From Escherichia coli (lineage in GTDB: Bacteria; Pseudomonadota; Gammaproteobacteria; Enterobacterales; Enterobacteriaceae): DNA of 64,000 nucleotides. Every line of letters starts with the position of its first letter. Position 1 is the stretch's first letter. A program made the position numbers and the translations under genes. The notes beneath the pieces were generated by a model, which saw nothing but the letters and a program-made list of their open reading frames with translations, was not told where the DNA came from and did no database searches. The stretch lies in the NCBI RefSeq assembly GCF_022846255.1, contig NZ_AP025682.1, one strand, 5' to 3'. This document shows, piece by piece, positions 1 through 13,266 of the stretch.

Positions 1-1371
1 ATTGAGCAAGGGCTGTATCGTCACGGGGAGAAATTGCCGTCGGTGCGCAGCTTAAGTCAGGAGCACGGCGTCAGTATTAGCACCGTGCAGCAGGCGTACC
101 AGACGCTGGAGACGATGAAGCTCATCACTCCGCAGCCGCGTTCGGGTTATTTTGTCGCACAACGTAAAGCCCAGCCGCCAGTACCGCCGATGACGCGTCC
201 GGTGCAGCGCCCGGTGGAAATTACCCAGTGGGATCAAGTGCTGGATATGCTGGAGGCGCATAGCGACAGTTCCATTGTTCCGTTAAGTAAAAGCACGCCG
301 GATGTCGAAACGCCCAGCCTGAAACCGCTGTGGCGGGAGCTAAGCCGGGTGGTGCAGCATAATCTGCAAACCGTTCTCGGTTATGACTTGTTAGCCGGTC
401 AGCGAGTGTTGCGAGAGCAGATTGCCCGCCTGATGCTCGACAGCGGCTCGGTGGTCACCGCCGATGACATCATTATCACCAGCGGCTGCCATAACTCGAT
501 GTCGCTGGCGTTAATGGCGGTATGTAAACCGGGCGATATTGTCGCAGTCGAATCCCCCTGTTATTACGGTTCAATGCAGATGCTGCGCGGTATGGGCGTG
601 AAAGTGATTGAAATCCCAACCGATCCAGAAACTGGCATCAGCGTTGAAGCGCTGGAACTGGCGCTGGAACAGTGGCCGATTAAAGGCATCATTCTGGTGC
701 CAAACTGTAATAATCCGCTGGGATTTATTATGCCGGACGCACGCAAACGGGCCGTTCTCTCTCTCGCTCAGCGTCATGATATTGTGATTTTTGAAGATGA
801 TGTCTACGGCGAACTGGCGACGGAGTATCCGCGCCCGCGGACCATTCATTCCTGGGATATCGACGGGCGAGTGCTGCTGTGCAGCTCGTTCAGTAAAAGT
901 ATTGCACCTGGCCTGCGCGTGGGTTGGGTCGCACCGGGGCGTTATCACGATAAACTGATGCATATGAAATACGCCATCAGCAGCTTTAATGTGCCGTCCA
1001 CGCAAATGGCGGCGGCAACGTTTGTGCTGGAAGGTCACTATCATCGCCATATCCGGCGGATGCGGCAGATCTATCAGCGCAATCTGGCACTTTATACCTG
1101 CTGGATACGGGAATATTTTCCCTGCGAAATCTGTATTACGCGCCCGAAAGGCGGATTTTTACTGTGGATAGAATTGCCTGAACAGGTCGATATGGTCTGC
1201 GTCGCGCGGCAGCTGTGCCGCATGAAAATCCAGGTGGCAGCAGGCTCGATTTTCTCAGCTTCCGGCAAATACCGTAATTGTCTGCGCATCAACTGCGCTT
1301 TGCCGCTCAGCGAAACCTATCGCGAAGCACTGAAGCAAATTGGCGAAGCCGTGTATCGGGCAATGGAATGA
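1..1371 (+). CDS. yjiR: MocR/GabR-family PLP-dependent transcriptional regulator (HTH plus aminotransferase-like domain); 5' end lies beyond the window start
   Basis: Reading frame is open from nt 1 (in frame with the track ORF 34..1371). The product has aminotransferase class I/II-like sequence after an N-terminal HTH segment. Position next to rpnD and mdtM matches the K-12 map. Confidence 0.85.
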   Translation: MEQGLYRHGEKLPSVRSLSQEHGVSISTVQQAYQTLETMKLITPQPRSGYFVAQRKAQPPVPPMTRPVQRPVEITQWDQVLDMLEAHSDSSIVPLSKSTPDVETPSLKPLWRELSRVVQHNLQTVLGYDLLAGQRVLREQIARLMLDSGSVVTADDIIITSGCHNSMSLALMAVCKPGDIVAVESPCYYGSMQMLRGMGVKVIEIPTDPETGISVEALELALEQWPIKGIILVPNCNNPLGFIMPDARKRAVLSLAQRHDIVIFEDDVYGELATEYPRPRTIHSWDIDGRVLLCSSFSKSIAPGLRVGWVAPGRYHDKLMHMKYAISSFNVPSTQMAAATFVLEGHYHRHIRRMRQIYQRNLALYTCWIREYFPCEICITRPKGGFLLWIELPEQVDMVCVARQLCRMKIQVAAGSIFSASGKYRNCLRINCALPLSETYREALKQIGEAVYRAME

Positions 1372-1477
1372 ATTCAAAATAGTGGCGAGCCCCCTGATTT
1401 CCTCTCACGAATAGCGTGTGACTCGTTTTATCTTTGCAGGGTCATCTCCACGTTCCAGCATGGCTTAGGCAAAATGC

Positions 1478-1596
1478 GCTTCGTTCATGCCGGATGCCAT
1501 GTGAACGCCTTACCAGGTCTACAAAATTTTTAAAGTTCAATATATTAAATGGGTTATGTAGACCTGATAAGCGTAGCGCATCAGGGTGCTTTGCGT
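1478..1596. repeat. REP/BIME-type extragenic palindromic repeats
   Basis: Inverted REP-like units (gccggatgc...gtgaacgcc...ggtctacaaa / tgtagacctgataagcg...gcatcagg) in the yjiR-rpnD intergenic gap. Confidence 0.6.
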
Positions 1597-1613
1597 TTGT
1601 CATCAGTCTCTGA

Positions 1614-2570
1614 TTAGTACTCGATCCATGGATCGCGCTTGCTTTCAGGCAAGGGCTGATCTAATGCCTGCATTTGCTCTGCCGAAAGTCCGGTATATCG
1701 TTGTATCCATTCAGGATCCGCCCCATTCTGCAACAACAATCGGAGGAGGCTCTTTTCCCCTTCTTCTTTCCCTTCTTTCCTCCCCCTCTCCCTTCCCAAT
1801 AGCCATCCATCATTATGAATTCGCTCTGCAATCGTCATTATTCGCTCCCTGTGTTGTGGCATTCGACTGGTTAGTTCGCTGATAAACTCTTTAAAACTCG
1901 CTTCATCGCCAGCCAGTAAAATGTAATTTAACAGCGCAGTTATCTGGCTGTCATTAGCACACTCTGTAACCAGTAATACTACCAGTTGGTCAATAAGCCC
2001 CATCAGATCGCGCTGGCGAATATGCTTTTGGATCAACTCCAACAGGGCGACTCTGCGATGCTGCACAATCTCGTCGTCTGGCACGACAGTGATATCCACC
2101 AGCGGGAACGCGGCGGTATAAAGCTTCCGTGCGGTAGTTGGGTCGGCAAATTCGTCCAGCCAGCACAAAGACCAGGGATAAGGGCTACGGCTACCGTGAT
2201 AAAACAGCATCGGGATGACCAGCGGTAGCTGCCGGCGTTTATCATGTTCGATATGGCGCTGCATCACCGCCATGGAATATCGCATCAGACGAAAGGCCAT
2301 ATGAATATCCTCACGGCTCTGATGTTCAATCACTACATAAATATAGCCATCGCCTTCACGGGTCTTTACCGACCACAGAATATCGGAATGTAGCGCCCGC
2401 AATTTTTCATCGACAAAGCTGGCGGATTCCAGTTTTAAGCTATCGAGATCGCACAGTTCACGTAAATCTTTGGGTAAGTGGATCTCCATAAAATCCCGCG
2501 CGGTGTCAGAGTGTGTGAGAAAGGATTTAAATAATGCGTCATGCGGCGTGCTGGTCGTAAAGTTTGTCAT
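1614..2570 (-). CDS. rpnD: Rpn-family recombination-promoting nuclease (PD-(D/E)xK, YhgA-like), intact 318 aa
   Basis: Uninterrupted 318-codon ORF with a stop at 1614-1616 on the reverse strand. Product has the Rpn/YhgA-like N-terminal nuclease region. Position between yjiR and mdtM corresponds to K-12 yjiP/yjiQ. Confidence 0.8.
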   Translation of the reverse strand: MTNFTTSTPHDALFKSFLTHSDTARDFMEIHLPKDLRELCDLDSLKLESASFVDEKLRALHSDILWSVKTREGDGYIYVVIEHQSREDIHMAFRLMRYSMAVMQRHIEHDKRRQLPLVIPMLFYHGSRSPYPWSLCWLDEFADPTTARKLYTAAFPLVDITVVPDDEIVQHRRVALLELIQKHIRQRDLMGLIDQLVVLLVTECANDSQITALLNYILLAGDEASFKEFISELTSRMPQHRERIMTIAERIHNDGWLLGRERGRKEGKEEGEKSLLRLLLQNGADPEWIQRYTGLSAEQMQALDQPLPESKRDPWIEY

Positions 2571-3036
2571 GGCGATCCGTCACCTGTAGATAAGATGGCC
2601 CAACTTTAGCGACTAACAAAGCCATTCACACCTGGCTATTTCCTATTCCCCGAGGCGGTTTCCAGGCTATTTTTATTCTTCTGCAAACGATACATTTTTC
2701 CGGAAACAGGCTCGCATTTTACATTTCCTGTACCCGGCAGATATTCCCCTTTCCACCGCACTCTTTTGATTAACCGCAAATTTTAATTACACTTAAGGTG
2801 TATATTTTCTATGCAACCCATCAATTCAAGAGGTGTAATGTGCTGATGACTATTTGTAATCGTTATACATTCTGACCCGAAGTCAGAAGGTATTTCTCTG
2901 TCTGTGTGTTCACAGGCAGTGTGGTTGATTACATGAAATTCAGTACATTTGTCCTTCTCGCCTGCCTTTCGTCATTACCGACGGTATTGAATTTCGTTTT
3001 CCCCATTGGGGTTCTCCGGACAAGGAGTAGTTTGTT

Positions 3037-4269
3037 ATGCCACGTTTTTTTGCCCGCCATGCCGCCACGCTGTTTTTCCCGATGGCGTTGATTTTGTATG
3101 ACTTTGCTGCGTATCTGTCGACGGACCTGATCCAGCCAGGGATCATTAATGTGGTCCGTGATTTTAATGCCGATGTCAGTCTGGCCCCGGCTGCCGTCAG
3201 TCTCTATCTCGCTGGAGGCATGGCATTGCAGTGGCTGCTGGGGCCGCTTTCCGACAGGATTGGCCGCAGGCCGGTGCTGATTAACGGGGCGTTAATTTTT
3301 ACCCTTGCCTGCGCCGCGACAATGTTCACCACGTCAATGACACAATTTCTTATCGCGCGTGCAATTCAGGGCACCAGTATCTGTTTTATTGCCACCGTTG
3401 GTTATGTCACGGTGCAGGAGGCGTTCGGACAGACAAAAGGGATCAAGTTGATGGCGATTATCACCTCCATCGTACTGATTGCGCCGATTATCGGCCCGCT
3501 TTCCGGCGCAGCTCTGATGCACTTTATGCACTGGAAAGTCCTTTTTGCCATCATTGCGGTTATGGGTTTTATCTCATTTGTCGGCTTGCTGCTGGCGATG
3601 CCAGAGACGGTGAAGCGCGGCGCGGTTCCGTTTAGCGCCAAAAGCGTCTTGCGCGATTTTCGTAATGTCTTTTGCAATCGGCTGTTCCTCTTTGGCGCAG
3701 CAACCATCTCTTTAAGCTATATCCCGATGATGAGCTGGGTGGCTGTCTCGCCGGTGATCCTTATCGATGCAGGCGGCTTAACAACTTCGCAGTTCGCCTG
3801 GACACAGGTTCCGGTGTTCGGCGCGGTGATTGTCGCGAATGCCATCGTGGCGCGTTTCGTTAAAGATCCGACCGAACCGCGGTTTATCTGGCGTGCCGTA
3901 CCCCTTCAACTGGTCGGCCTCTCGCTGTTGATTATCGGCAATCTGCTGTCGCCGCACGTCTGGCTGTGGTCGGTGCTGGGCACCAGTCTGTATGCTTTCG
4001 GGATTGGTTTGATTTTCCCGACCTTATTCCGCTTTACGCTGTTTTCCAATAACTTACCGAAAGGGACCGTCTCCGCATCGCTAAATATGGTGATCCTGAT
4101 GGTGATGTCTGTCTCGGTCGAAATCGGCCGCTGGCTGTGGTTTAACGGCGGTCGCTTGCCGTTTCATCTGTTAGCCGTTTTAGCGGGCGTTATCGTCGTT
4201 TTCACCCTGGCGGGATTGCTCAATCGCGTGCGCCAGCATCAGGCAGCCGAGCTAGTGGAGGAGCAGTGA
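3037..4269 (+). CDS. mdtM: MFS multidrug efflux transporter
   Basis: 410-aa polytopic membrane protein with MFS features; synteny with yjiN. Confidence 0.9.
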   Translation: MPRFFARHAATLFFPMALILYDFAAYLSTDLIQPGIINVVRDFNADVSLAPAAVSLYLAGGMALQWLLGPLSDRIGRRPVLINGALIFTLACAATMFTTSMTQFLIARAIQGTSICFIATVGYVTVQEAFGQTKGIKLMAIITSIVLIAPIIGPLSGAALMHFMHWKVLFAIIAVMGFISFVGLLLAMPETVKRGAVPFSAKSVLRDFRNVFCNRLFLFGAATISLSYIPMMSWVAVSPVILIDAGGLTTSQFAWTQVPVFGAVIVANAIVARFVKDPTEPRFIWRAVPLQLVGLSLLIIGNLLSPHVWLWSVLGTSLYAFGIGLIFPTLFRFTLFSNNLPKGTVSASLNMVILMVMSVSVEIGRWLWFNGGRLPFHLLAVLAGVIVVFTLAGLLNRVRQHQAAELVEEQ

Positions 4270-4309
4270 TTTTTGCGCGATCCTGCCGTCAGGCTCTATT
4301 CTTAACGTT

Positions 4310-5590
4310 ATGAATAAACTCATTGAACTCAGACGCGCCAAAATGTTGGCGCTCTCTTTACTGCTTATCGCCGCTGCTACCTTTGTCGTTACGCTGTTTT
4401 TGCCGCCCAATTTTTGGGTGAGCGGCGTGAAGGCGATTGCTGAAGCGGCGATGGTCGGCGCGCTGGCGGACTGGTTTGCGGTGGTGGCGCTGTTTCGCCG
4501 CGTGCCGATTCCGATCATTTCTCGTCATACGGCGATTATCCCGCGTAATAAAGACCGGATTGGCGAAAATCTCGGTCAGTTCGTGCAGGAAAAATTTCTC
4601 GATACCCAATCGCTGGTGGCATTGATTCGACGTCACGAACCGGCGTTGTTGATTGGCAACTGGTTTAGTCAGCCGGAAAACGCCTGCCGCGTTGGTCAGC
4701 ATCTGTTGCAGATCATGAGCGGTTTTCTTGAACTGACCGATGATGCGCGTATTCAGCGCCTGCTTAAGCGCGCAGTCCATCGGGCGATTGATAAGGTCGA
4801 TCTCTCCGGCACCAGTGCGTTGATGCTGGAGAGTATGACCAAAAACGATCGTCATCAGGTGCTGCTCGATACGCTGATCGCACAGTTGATCGCCCTTCTC
4901 CAGCGCGATAAATCGCGCAAGTTTATTGCCCAGCAGATTGTTCGCTGGCTGGAGAGCGAGCATCCGCTAAAAGCCAAAATTTTGCCCACTGAATGGCTGG
5001 GCGAACATAGCGCGGAGTTAGTTTCTGACGCGGTGAATTCTTTGCTTGATGATATTAGTCGCGATCGTGCGCATCAGATCCGCCATGCGTTTGATCGCGC
5101 CACCTTTGCCCTGATCGACAAGCTGAAAAACGATCCTGAAATGGCAGCGCGAGCCGATGCCGTAAAAAGCTATCTGAAAGAAGATGAAGCTTTTAACCGC
5201 TATCTCAGTGAATTGTGGGGGGATTTACGGGAATGGCTGAAAGCGGATATCAACAGTGAAGATTCTCGTGTGAAAGAACGTATCGCACGAGCGGGTCAAT
5301 GGTTTGGCGAAACGTTAATTGCCGATGATGCCTTGCGGGCGTCGTTAAATGGTCATCTGGAACAAGCCGCGCACCGCGTTGCGCCTGAGTTTTCCGCATT
5401 CCTGACGCGCCACATCAGCGATACGGTAAAAAGCTGGGATGCGCAGGATATGTCGCGGCAAATCGAGTTAAATATCGGCAAAGATCTGCAGTTTATCCGT
5501 GTCAACGGTACGCTGGTTGGCGGTTGTATTGGGCTAATTTTGTATTTGCTTTCGCAGCTCCCGGCCTTGTTCCCCCTCGGCAATTTTTAG
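4310..5590 (+). CDS. yjiN: DUF445-family inner membrane protein
   Basis: 426-aa ORF with N-terminal TM segments; conserved position downstream of mdtM. Confidence 0.85.
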   Translation: MNKLIELRRAKMLALSLLLIAAATFVVTLFLPPNFWVSGVKAIAEAAMVGALADWFAVVALFRRVPIPIISRHTAIIPRNKDRIGENLGQFVQEKFLDTQSLVALIRRHEPALLIGNWFSQPENACRVGQHLLQIMSGFLELTDDARIQRLLKRAVHRAIDKVDLSGTSALMLESMTKNDRHQVLLDTLIAQLIALLQRDKSRKFIAQQIVRWLESEHPLKAKILPTEWLGEHSAELVSDAVNSLLDDISRDRAHQIRHAFDRATFALIDKLKNDPEMAARADAVKSYLKEDEAFNRYLSELWGDLREWLKADINSEDSRVKERIARAGQWFGETLIADDALRASLNGHLEQAAHRVAPEFSAFLTRHISDTVKSWDAQDMSRQIELNIGKDLQFIRVNGTLVGGCIGLILYLLSQLPALFPLGNF

Positions 5591-5705
5591 AAATCCATGA
5601 AAAACTAAGTGGCTAACCGCGAGAGAGATCAAATAAACCACACTAAAAGAATGGTAATAATGTGGCCTCTTTTCATTATCTCCCGTGGTACGGGGAAGGA
5701 AAATC

Positions 5706-6857
5706 ATGTCACTTGTCACCGATCTACCCGCCATTTTCGATCAGTTCTCTGAAGCTCGCCAGAAAGGCTTTCTCACCGTCATGGATCTCAAGGAGCGCGG
5801 CATTCCGCTGGTTGGCACTTACTGCACCTTTATGCCGCAAGAGATCCCGATGGCAGCCGGTGCGGTTGTGGTTTCGCTCTGTTCCACCTCTGATGAAACC
5901 ATTGAAGAAGCCGAGAAAGATCTGCCGCGCAACCTCTGCCCGCTGATTAAAAGCAGCTACGGCTTTGGCAAAACCGATAAATGCCCCTACTTCTACTTTT
6001 CGGATCTGGTGGTCGGTGAAACCACCTGCGACGGCAAAAAGAAAATGTATGAATACATGGCGGAGTTTAAGCCTGTTCATGTGATGCAGCTGCCGAACAG
6101 CGTTAAGGACGATGCCTCGCGTGCATTGTGGAAAGCCGAGATGCTGCGCTTGCAAAAAACGGTAGAAGAACGTTTTGGGCACGAGATTAGCGAAGATGCT
6201 CTGCGCGATGCCATTGTGCTGAAAAACCGCGAACGTCGCGCACTGGCCAACTTTTATCATTTGGGGCAGTTAAATCCTCCAGCGCTTAGCGGCAGCGACA
6301 TTCTGAAAGTGGTCTACGGCGCAACCTTCCGGTTCGATAAAGAGGCGTTGGTTGACGAACTGGATGCAATGACCGCCCGCGTTCGTCAGCAGTGGGAAGA
6401 AGGCCAGCGACTGGACCCGCGTCCACGCATTTTAATCACCGGCTGCCCAATTGGCGGCGCAGCAGAGAAAGTGGTGCGCGCGATTGAAGAGAATGGCGGC
6501 TGGGTTGTCGGTTATGAAAACTGCACCGGGGCGAAAGCGACCGAGCAATGCGTGGCAGAAACGGGCGATGTCTACGACGCGCTGGCGGATAAATATCTGG
6601 CGATTGGCTGCTCCTGTGTTTCGCCGAACGATCAGCGCCTGCAAATGCTCAGCCAGATGGTTGAAGAATATCAGGTCGATGGCGTAGTTGATGTGATTTT
6701 GCAGGCGTGCCATACCTACGCGGTGGAATCGCTGGCGATTAAACGTCATGTGCGTCAGCAGCACAACATTCCTTATATCGCTATTGAAACAGACTACTCC
6801 ACCTCAGATGTCGGGCAGCTCAGCACCCGTGTCGCGGCCTTTATTGAGATGCTGTAA
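5706..6857 (+). CDS. yjiM: 2-hydroxyacyl-CoA dehydratase component D-like protein
   Basis: ATG at 5706 preceded by ggaagga; HgdB/D-component-like sequence; paired with the activator-like yjiL immediately downstream. Confidence 0.85.
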   Translation: MSLVTDLPAIFDQFSEARQKGFLTVMDLKERGIPLVGTYCTFMPQEIPMAAGAVVVSLCSTSDETIEEAEKDLPRNLCPLIKSSYGFGKTDKCPYFYFSDLVVGETTCDGKKKMYEYMAEFKPVHVMQLPNSVKDDASRALWKAEMLRLQKTVEERFGHEISEDALRDAIVLKNRERRALANFYHLGQLNPPALSGSDILKVVYGATFRFDKEALVDELDAMTARVRQQWEEGQRLDPRPRILITGCPIGGAAEKVVRAIEENGGWVVGYENCTGAKATEQCVAETGDVYDALADKYLAIGCSCVSPNDQRLQMLSQMVEEYQVDGVVDVILQACHTYAVESLAIKRHVRQQHNIPYIAIETDYSTSDVGQLSTRVAAFIEML

Positions 6858-6860
6858 GGA

Positions 6861-8813
<1,953 letters not shown>

Positions 8814-8880
8814 CAGGCTGGCATGTTTCACCTTTTTGTTATTAACTTGTTAACAGCAAAAATGACAAACAAGGTTAAAC

Positions 8881-10059
8881 ATGCCTTCGCCCTCGCATCC
8901 CGTAGAACGCTTTTCTTTCAGCACCGCGCTTTTCGGGATGCTGGTTCTGACCTTAGGTATGGGTTTAGGCCGCTTCCTTTATACACCTATGTTGCCCGTC
9001 ATGATGGCGGAAGGATCGTTCTCATTTAGCCAGCTCTCGTGGATTGCCAGCGGCAACTATGCGGGGTATCTGGCTGGCAGTCTGCTATTTTCTTTTGGCG
9101 CATTTCACCAGCCATCGCGCCTGCGCCCATTTCTGTTGGCTTCTGCCCTGGCGAGCGGGTTGTTGATCCTCGCAATGGCATGGTTGCCGCCATTTATTCT
9201 GGTGTTATTGATTCGCGTCCTGGCGGGTGTCGCCAGCGCCGGAATGCTGATTTTTGGTTCGACGCTGATTATGCAGCACACGCGCCATCCTTTTGTGCTG
9301 GCAGCTTTGTTTTCTGGCGTTGGCATTGGCATCGCACTGGGCAATGAATATGTTCTGGCAGGCCTGCATTTTGACCTCTCCTCGCAAACGTTATGGCAAG
9401 GCGCCGGGGCGCTTTCTGGCATGATGCTGATTGCACTTACGCTTTTAATGCCCTCGAAAAAACACGCCATCACACCAATGCCATTGGCAAAAACGGAGCA
9501 ACAGATAATGAGCTGGTGGTTACTGGCTATTCTGTACGGCCTGGCGGGATTTGGTTATATCATCGTCGCAACTTACCTGCCGCTCATGGCGAAAGATGCA
9601 GGCTCACCATTGTTAACCGCCCATCTCTGGACGTTAGTCGGCTTATCAATTGTGCCTGGTTGCTTTGGCTGGCTATGGGCAGCAAAACGTTGGGGGGCTT
9701 TGCCCTGCCTGACGGCGAATTTGCTGGTGCAGGCTATTAGTGTGTTGCTTACTCTCGCCAGCGACTCGCCTCTCTTGCTTATCATCAGCAGTCTTGGTTT
9801 TGGCGGTACCTTTATGGGCACGACATCTCTGGTGATGACTATCGCCCGCCAACTGAGCGTACCGGGAAATCTCAATCTTTTAGGCTTTGTGACGCTCATT
9901 TACGGCATTGGGCAAATTCTTGGCCCGGCGCTGACCAGTATGCTTGGCAATGGAACATCGGCGCTTGCCTGCGCCACTCTCTGCGGCGCGGCGGCGTTGT
10001 TTATTGCTGCGCTTATCAGCACAGCGCAATTATTTAAGCTGCAAGTGGTCACTTCATGA
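8881..10059 (+). CDS. yjiJ: MFS-type membrane protein (DUF1228 family)
   Basis: 392-aa polytopic membrane protein in the conserved position. Confidence 0.85.
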   Translation: MPSPSHPVERFSFSTALFGMLVLTLGMGLGRFLYTPMLPVMMAEGSFSFSQLSWIASGNYAGYLAGSLLFSFGAFHQPSRLRPFLLASALASGLLILAMAWLPPFILVLLIRVLAGVASAGMLIFGSTLIMQHTRHPFVLAALFSGVGIGIALGNEYVLAGLHFDLSSQTLWQGAGALSGMMLIALTLLMPSKKHAITPMPLAKTEQQIMSWWLLAILYGLAGFGYIIVATYLPLMAKDAGSPLLTAHLWTLVGLSIVPGCFGWLWAAKRWGALPCLTANLLVQAISVLLTLASDSPLLLIISSLGFGGTFMGTTSLVMTIARQLSVPGNLNLLGFVTLIYGIGQILGPALTSMLGNGTSALACATLCGAAALFIAALISTAQLFKLQVVTS

Positions 10060-10071
10060 GGGAAGTTTCCC

Positions 10072-10626
10072 TTACCACTCAAGAAACTCAACCGCAACCG
10101 TTGATGTCAGCCAGACCCCGTTTTCCGCTTGCCAAAAAGGGATGCCTCGTTTCGCCATTTCCTGTGCTTTGACGGTTAAAATAACTGGCGATCCGTGTCT
10201 TGCTCCCACTTTGCGTGCCGTTGCTTCATCAGCAGAGAGATGCACGTAATGGCGCTCCCCTGCAATCAGCCCTTGTTTTTTTATCTCGTCAAGAAAACGG
10301 CTTGCCGTACCATGGTAGAGAAATTGTGGCGGTGTTTTTTCGATGAAGCCAATGGCGACCTGCGAAGTCGAATGCCCCTGAACGGCGCGAATACACGTAC
10401 CATCACTGGAATAACTAAAGCGCTTTTTATCGCTGGTAGCGACAACGATATCCAGTAATGCGCGGGTTAACCGCTTGCCCGCTTTTTGGGCACAGAGTAT
10501 GAGCTTATCGATATCCGCCCATCCTTCACGGTCCAGCACGATACCAATCGCCTCTGGTTTATGTCGGAGGACAAAACTTAAAAACTTGCTCGTCTCTGCC
10601 AGCTCTTTGTCGTTGTATTTTGCCAT
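10072..10626 (-). CDS. kptA: RNA 2'-phosphotransferase (Tpt1 homologue)
   Basis: 184-aa product beginning [26 protein letters not shown]...; the track ORF extends 34 codons upstream (to 10728), in frame. Confidence 0.9.
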   Translation of the reverse strand: MAKYNDKELAETSKFLSFVLRHKPEAIGIVLDREGWADIDKLILCAQKAGKRLTRALLDIVVATSDKKRFSYSSDGTCIRAVQGHSTSQVAIGFIEKTPPQFLYHGTASRFLDEIKKQGLIAGERHYVHLSADEATARKVGARHGSPVILTVKAQEMAKRGIPFWQAENGVWLTSTVAVEFLEW

Positions 10627-10875
10627 CGCGTTTTCGTCCCTGGATTTTCTGTTTTTATTTACTGATGTCATTGTCACTGGGTTTATGAATTTTCTGCAAC
10701 TCAATCCTGCGCAGAACCTTTGCCACACAGCGTCATTTTTCCGCTATGCAAAAAACGCATAGCAAGAAACATACTTGCATTTTCCCCATACCCACATGAC
10801 TGATAAGGTTTTTCAGCTCCAGGAATTTTCCTGGCTCAAGCAACACACATACACAAAAAAACAATGGGGATTGTT

Positions 10876-11559
10876 ATGACACAACAAGGGGATGCTGTAG
10901 CTGGGGAGCTGGCGACAGAAAAAGTGGGTGTTAAAGGGTATCTGGCCTTTTTTCTCACGATTATCTTTTTTTCCGGAGTTTTTTCCGGGACAGACAGTTG
11001 GTGGCGCGTTTTTGACTTTTCCGTTCTGAACGGATCGTTTGGGCAACTGCCTGGTGCGAATGGCGCTACCACCTCGTTTCGCGGCGCAGGTGGCACAGGA
11101 GCTAAAGATGGCTTTCTCTTCGCACTGGAACTGGCTCCGTCAGTGATTCTCTCTCTGGGAATTATCTCGATTACCGATGGTCTTGGCGGATTGCGCGCCG
11201 CGCAGCAGTTAATGACGCCCGTGCTAAAACCGTTGTTGGGCATTCCAGGCATCTGTTCACTGGCGCTGATTGCTAACCTGCAAAACACCGATGCCGCCGC
11301 AGGTATGACCAAAGAACTGGCGCAGGAAGGGGAAATTACCGAACGTGATAAAGTGATATTCGCCGCCTATCAAACCAGCGGTAGCGCCATCATCACCAAC
11401 TACTTCTCTTCCGGCGTCGCGGTGTTTGCCTTTCTGGGCACGTCCGTAATCGTACCTTTAGCCGTCATCCTGGTGTTTAAATTTGTCGGAGCCAACATTT
11501 TGCGCGTCTGGCTTAACTTCGAAGAACGTCGCAACCCAACGCAAGGAGCGCAAGCATGA
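10876..11559 (+). CDS. yjiH: Nucleoside-recognition-domain membrane protein
   Basis: Membrane protein; its stop overlaps the yjiG start (ATGA at 11556). Confidence 0.85.
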   Translation: MTQQGDAVAGELATEKVGVKGYLAFFLTIIFFSGVFSGTDSWWRVFDFSVLNGSFGQLPGANGATTSFRGAGGTGAKDGFLFALELAPSVILSLGIISITDGLGGLRAAQQLMTPVLKPLLGIPGICSLALIANLQNTDAAAGMTKELAQEGEITERDKVIFAAYQTSGSAIITNYFSSGVAVFAFLGTSVIVPLAVILVFKFVGANILRVWLNFEERRNPTQGAQA

Positions 11560-12017
11560 CAACTCAGGTCCGCAAAAACGTCATGGATATGTTTATTGAT
11601 GGCGCGCGCCGTGGCTTTACTATCGCTACCACCAACCTGCTGCCAAACGTGGTGATGGCCTTTGTCATCATCCAGGCGCTGAAAATTACTGGCCTGCTCG
11701 ACTGGGTGGGACATATCTGTGAACCCGTAATGGCGCTGTGGGGATTGCCCGGTGAAGCGGCAACCGTCCTTTTAGCCGCATTGATGAGCATGGGCGGCGC
11801 AGTCGGTGTTGCCGCCAGTCTGGCAACCGCTGGCGCATTAACCGGCCACGATGTCACCGTTTTACTGCCCGCGATGTATTTAATGGGCAACCCGGTGCAA
11901 AATGTCGGTCGCTGCCTGGGAACAGCCGAAGTGAATGCCAAATATTACCCGCATATCATTACGGTCTGCGTGATTAACGCATTGCTGTCGATCTGGGTTA
12001 TGCAGCTTATTGTTTAA
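11556..12017 (+). CDS. yjiG: SpmB-like inner membrane protein
   Basis: 153-aa membrane protein coupled to yjiH. Confidence 0.85.
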   Translation: MTTQVRKNVMDMFIDGARRGFTIATTNLLPNVVMAFVIIQALKITGLLDWVGHICEPVMALWGLPGEAATVLLAALMSMGGAVGVAASLATAGALTGHDVTVLLPAMYLMGNPVQNVGRCLGTAEVNAKYYPHIITVCVINALLSIWVMQLIV

Positions 12018-12029
12018 CAAGGAGTTACC

Positions 12030-13202
12030 ATGATTGATTATTCCGCAGCCGGTTTTACCCTGCTGCAGGGAGCGCATTTGTATGCGCCGGAAGATCGGGG
12101 AATTTGCGATGTCCTCATCGCTAACGGCAAAATTATTGCCGTTGCCAGCAACATCCCTTCTGACATCGTACCGGACTGCACGGTTGTCGATCTCAGCGGG
12201 CAGATCCTCTGCCCAGGTTTTATTGATCAACACGTCCATTTGATTGGTGGTGGCGGCGAAGCAGGTCCCACGACACGCACGCCAGAAGTGGCGTTAAGTC
12301 GTCTGACGGAAGCGGGCGTCACGTCAGTGGTTGGTCTGCTGGGCACCGACTCTATCTCTCGCCACCCGGAATCCCTGCTCGCCAAGACCCGTGCGCTCAA
12401 TGAAGAAGGCATCAGCGCCTGGATGCTGACCGGCGCTTATCATGTCCCTTCCCGCACTATTACGGGTTCCGTGGAAAAAGACGTGGCGATTATCGATCGC
12501 GTGATTGGTGTGAAATGCGCCATCTCTGATCACCGTTCTGCCGCACCGGACGTTTATCACCTGGCTAATATGGCGGCGGAATCCCGCGTTGGCGGTTTGC
12601 TTGGCGGTAAACCTGGCGTCACCGTGTTCCACATGGGCGACAGTAAAAAGGCGTTACAGCCTGTCTATGACCTGCTGGAAAACTGCGATGTGCCGATCAG
12701 CAAGCTGCTGCCGACCCACGTTAACCGCAACGTACCGTTGTTTGAGCAGGCGCTGGAGTTCGCGCGCAAAGGCGGCACTATCGACATCACCAGCAGCATT
12801 GACGAACCGGTCGCCCCTGCCGAAGGTATTGCCCGCGCCGTTCAGGCGGGTATTCCGCTGGCACGCGTCACCCTCAGCTCTGACGGCAACGGTAGCCAGC
12901 CGTTCTTCGATGACGAAGGGAATTTAACCCATATCGGTGTTGCAGGTTTTGAAACGTTGCTGGAAACCGTGCAGGTGCTGGTCAAAGACTATGATTTCAG
13001 TATCAGCGATGCCCTGCGCCCGCTCACCAGTAGCGTAGCCGGTTTCCTTAACCTGAGCGGGAAAGGCGAAATTCTGCCAGGCAATGACGCAGACTTACTG
13101 GTCATGACGCCAGAATTGCGCATTGAGCAGGTATACGCTCGCGGCAAACTGATGGTCAAAGACGGCAAAGCCTGCGTGAAAGGAACGTTTGAAACGGCTT
13201 AA
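12030..13202 (+). CDS. iadA: Isoaspartyl dipeptidase
   Basis: 390-aa amidohydrolase-fold protein with an N-terminal metal-binding HxH motif (FIDQHVHLIGGG). Confidence 0.9.
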   Translation: MIDYSAAGFTLLQGAHLYAPEDRGICDVLIANGKIIAVASNIPSDIVPDCTVVDLSGQILCPGFIDQHVHLIGGGGEAGPTTRTPEVALSRLTEAGVTSVVGLLGTDSISRHPESLLAKTRALNEEGISAWMLTGAYHVPSRTITGSVEKDVAIIDRVIGVKCAISDHRSAAPDVYHLANMAAESRVGGLLGGKPGVTVFHMGDSKKALQPVYDLLENCDVPISKLLPTHVNRNVPLFEQALEFARKGGTIDITSSIDEPVAPAEGIARAVQAGIPLARVTLSSDGNGSQPFFDDEGNLTHIGVAGFETLLETVQVLVKDYDFSISDALRPLTSSVAGFLNLSGKGEILPGNDADLLVMTPELRIEQVYARGKLMVKDGKACVKGTFETA

Positions 13203-13266
13203 ACGGTTGTCAGCCGCCCGAATGGACGTAGAATGCCCGCAAGGGCGGCTGACAGAGTAAAACGTA

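Noticed and set aside
1740-1800. CT-rich low-complexity stretch (tcttttccccttcttctttcccttctttcctccccctctcccttccc) that could look like a simple repeat
   Set aside because: It is the coding sequence of the Lys/Glu/Arg-rich segment of rpnD on the opposite strand, not an extragenic repeat or CRISPR-like array.
5724-6260. 178-codon ORF on the minus strand
   Set aside because: Antisense inside yjiM; no SD and no recognisable motifs.
13208-13254. Inverted repeat (tgtcagccgccc ... gggcggctgaca) between iadA and hypT as an intrinsic terminator
   Set aside because: Long 23-nt loop and no downstream U-tract; could equally be a regulatory or REP-like structure. Not annotated as a feature.
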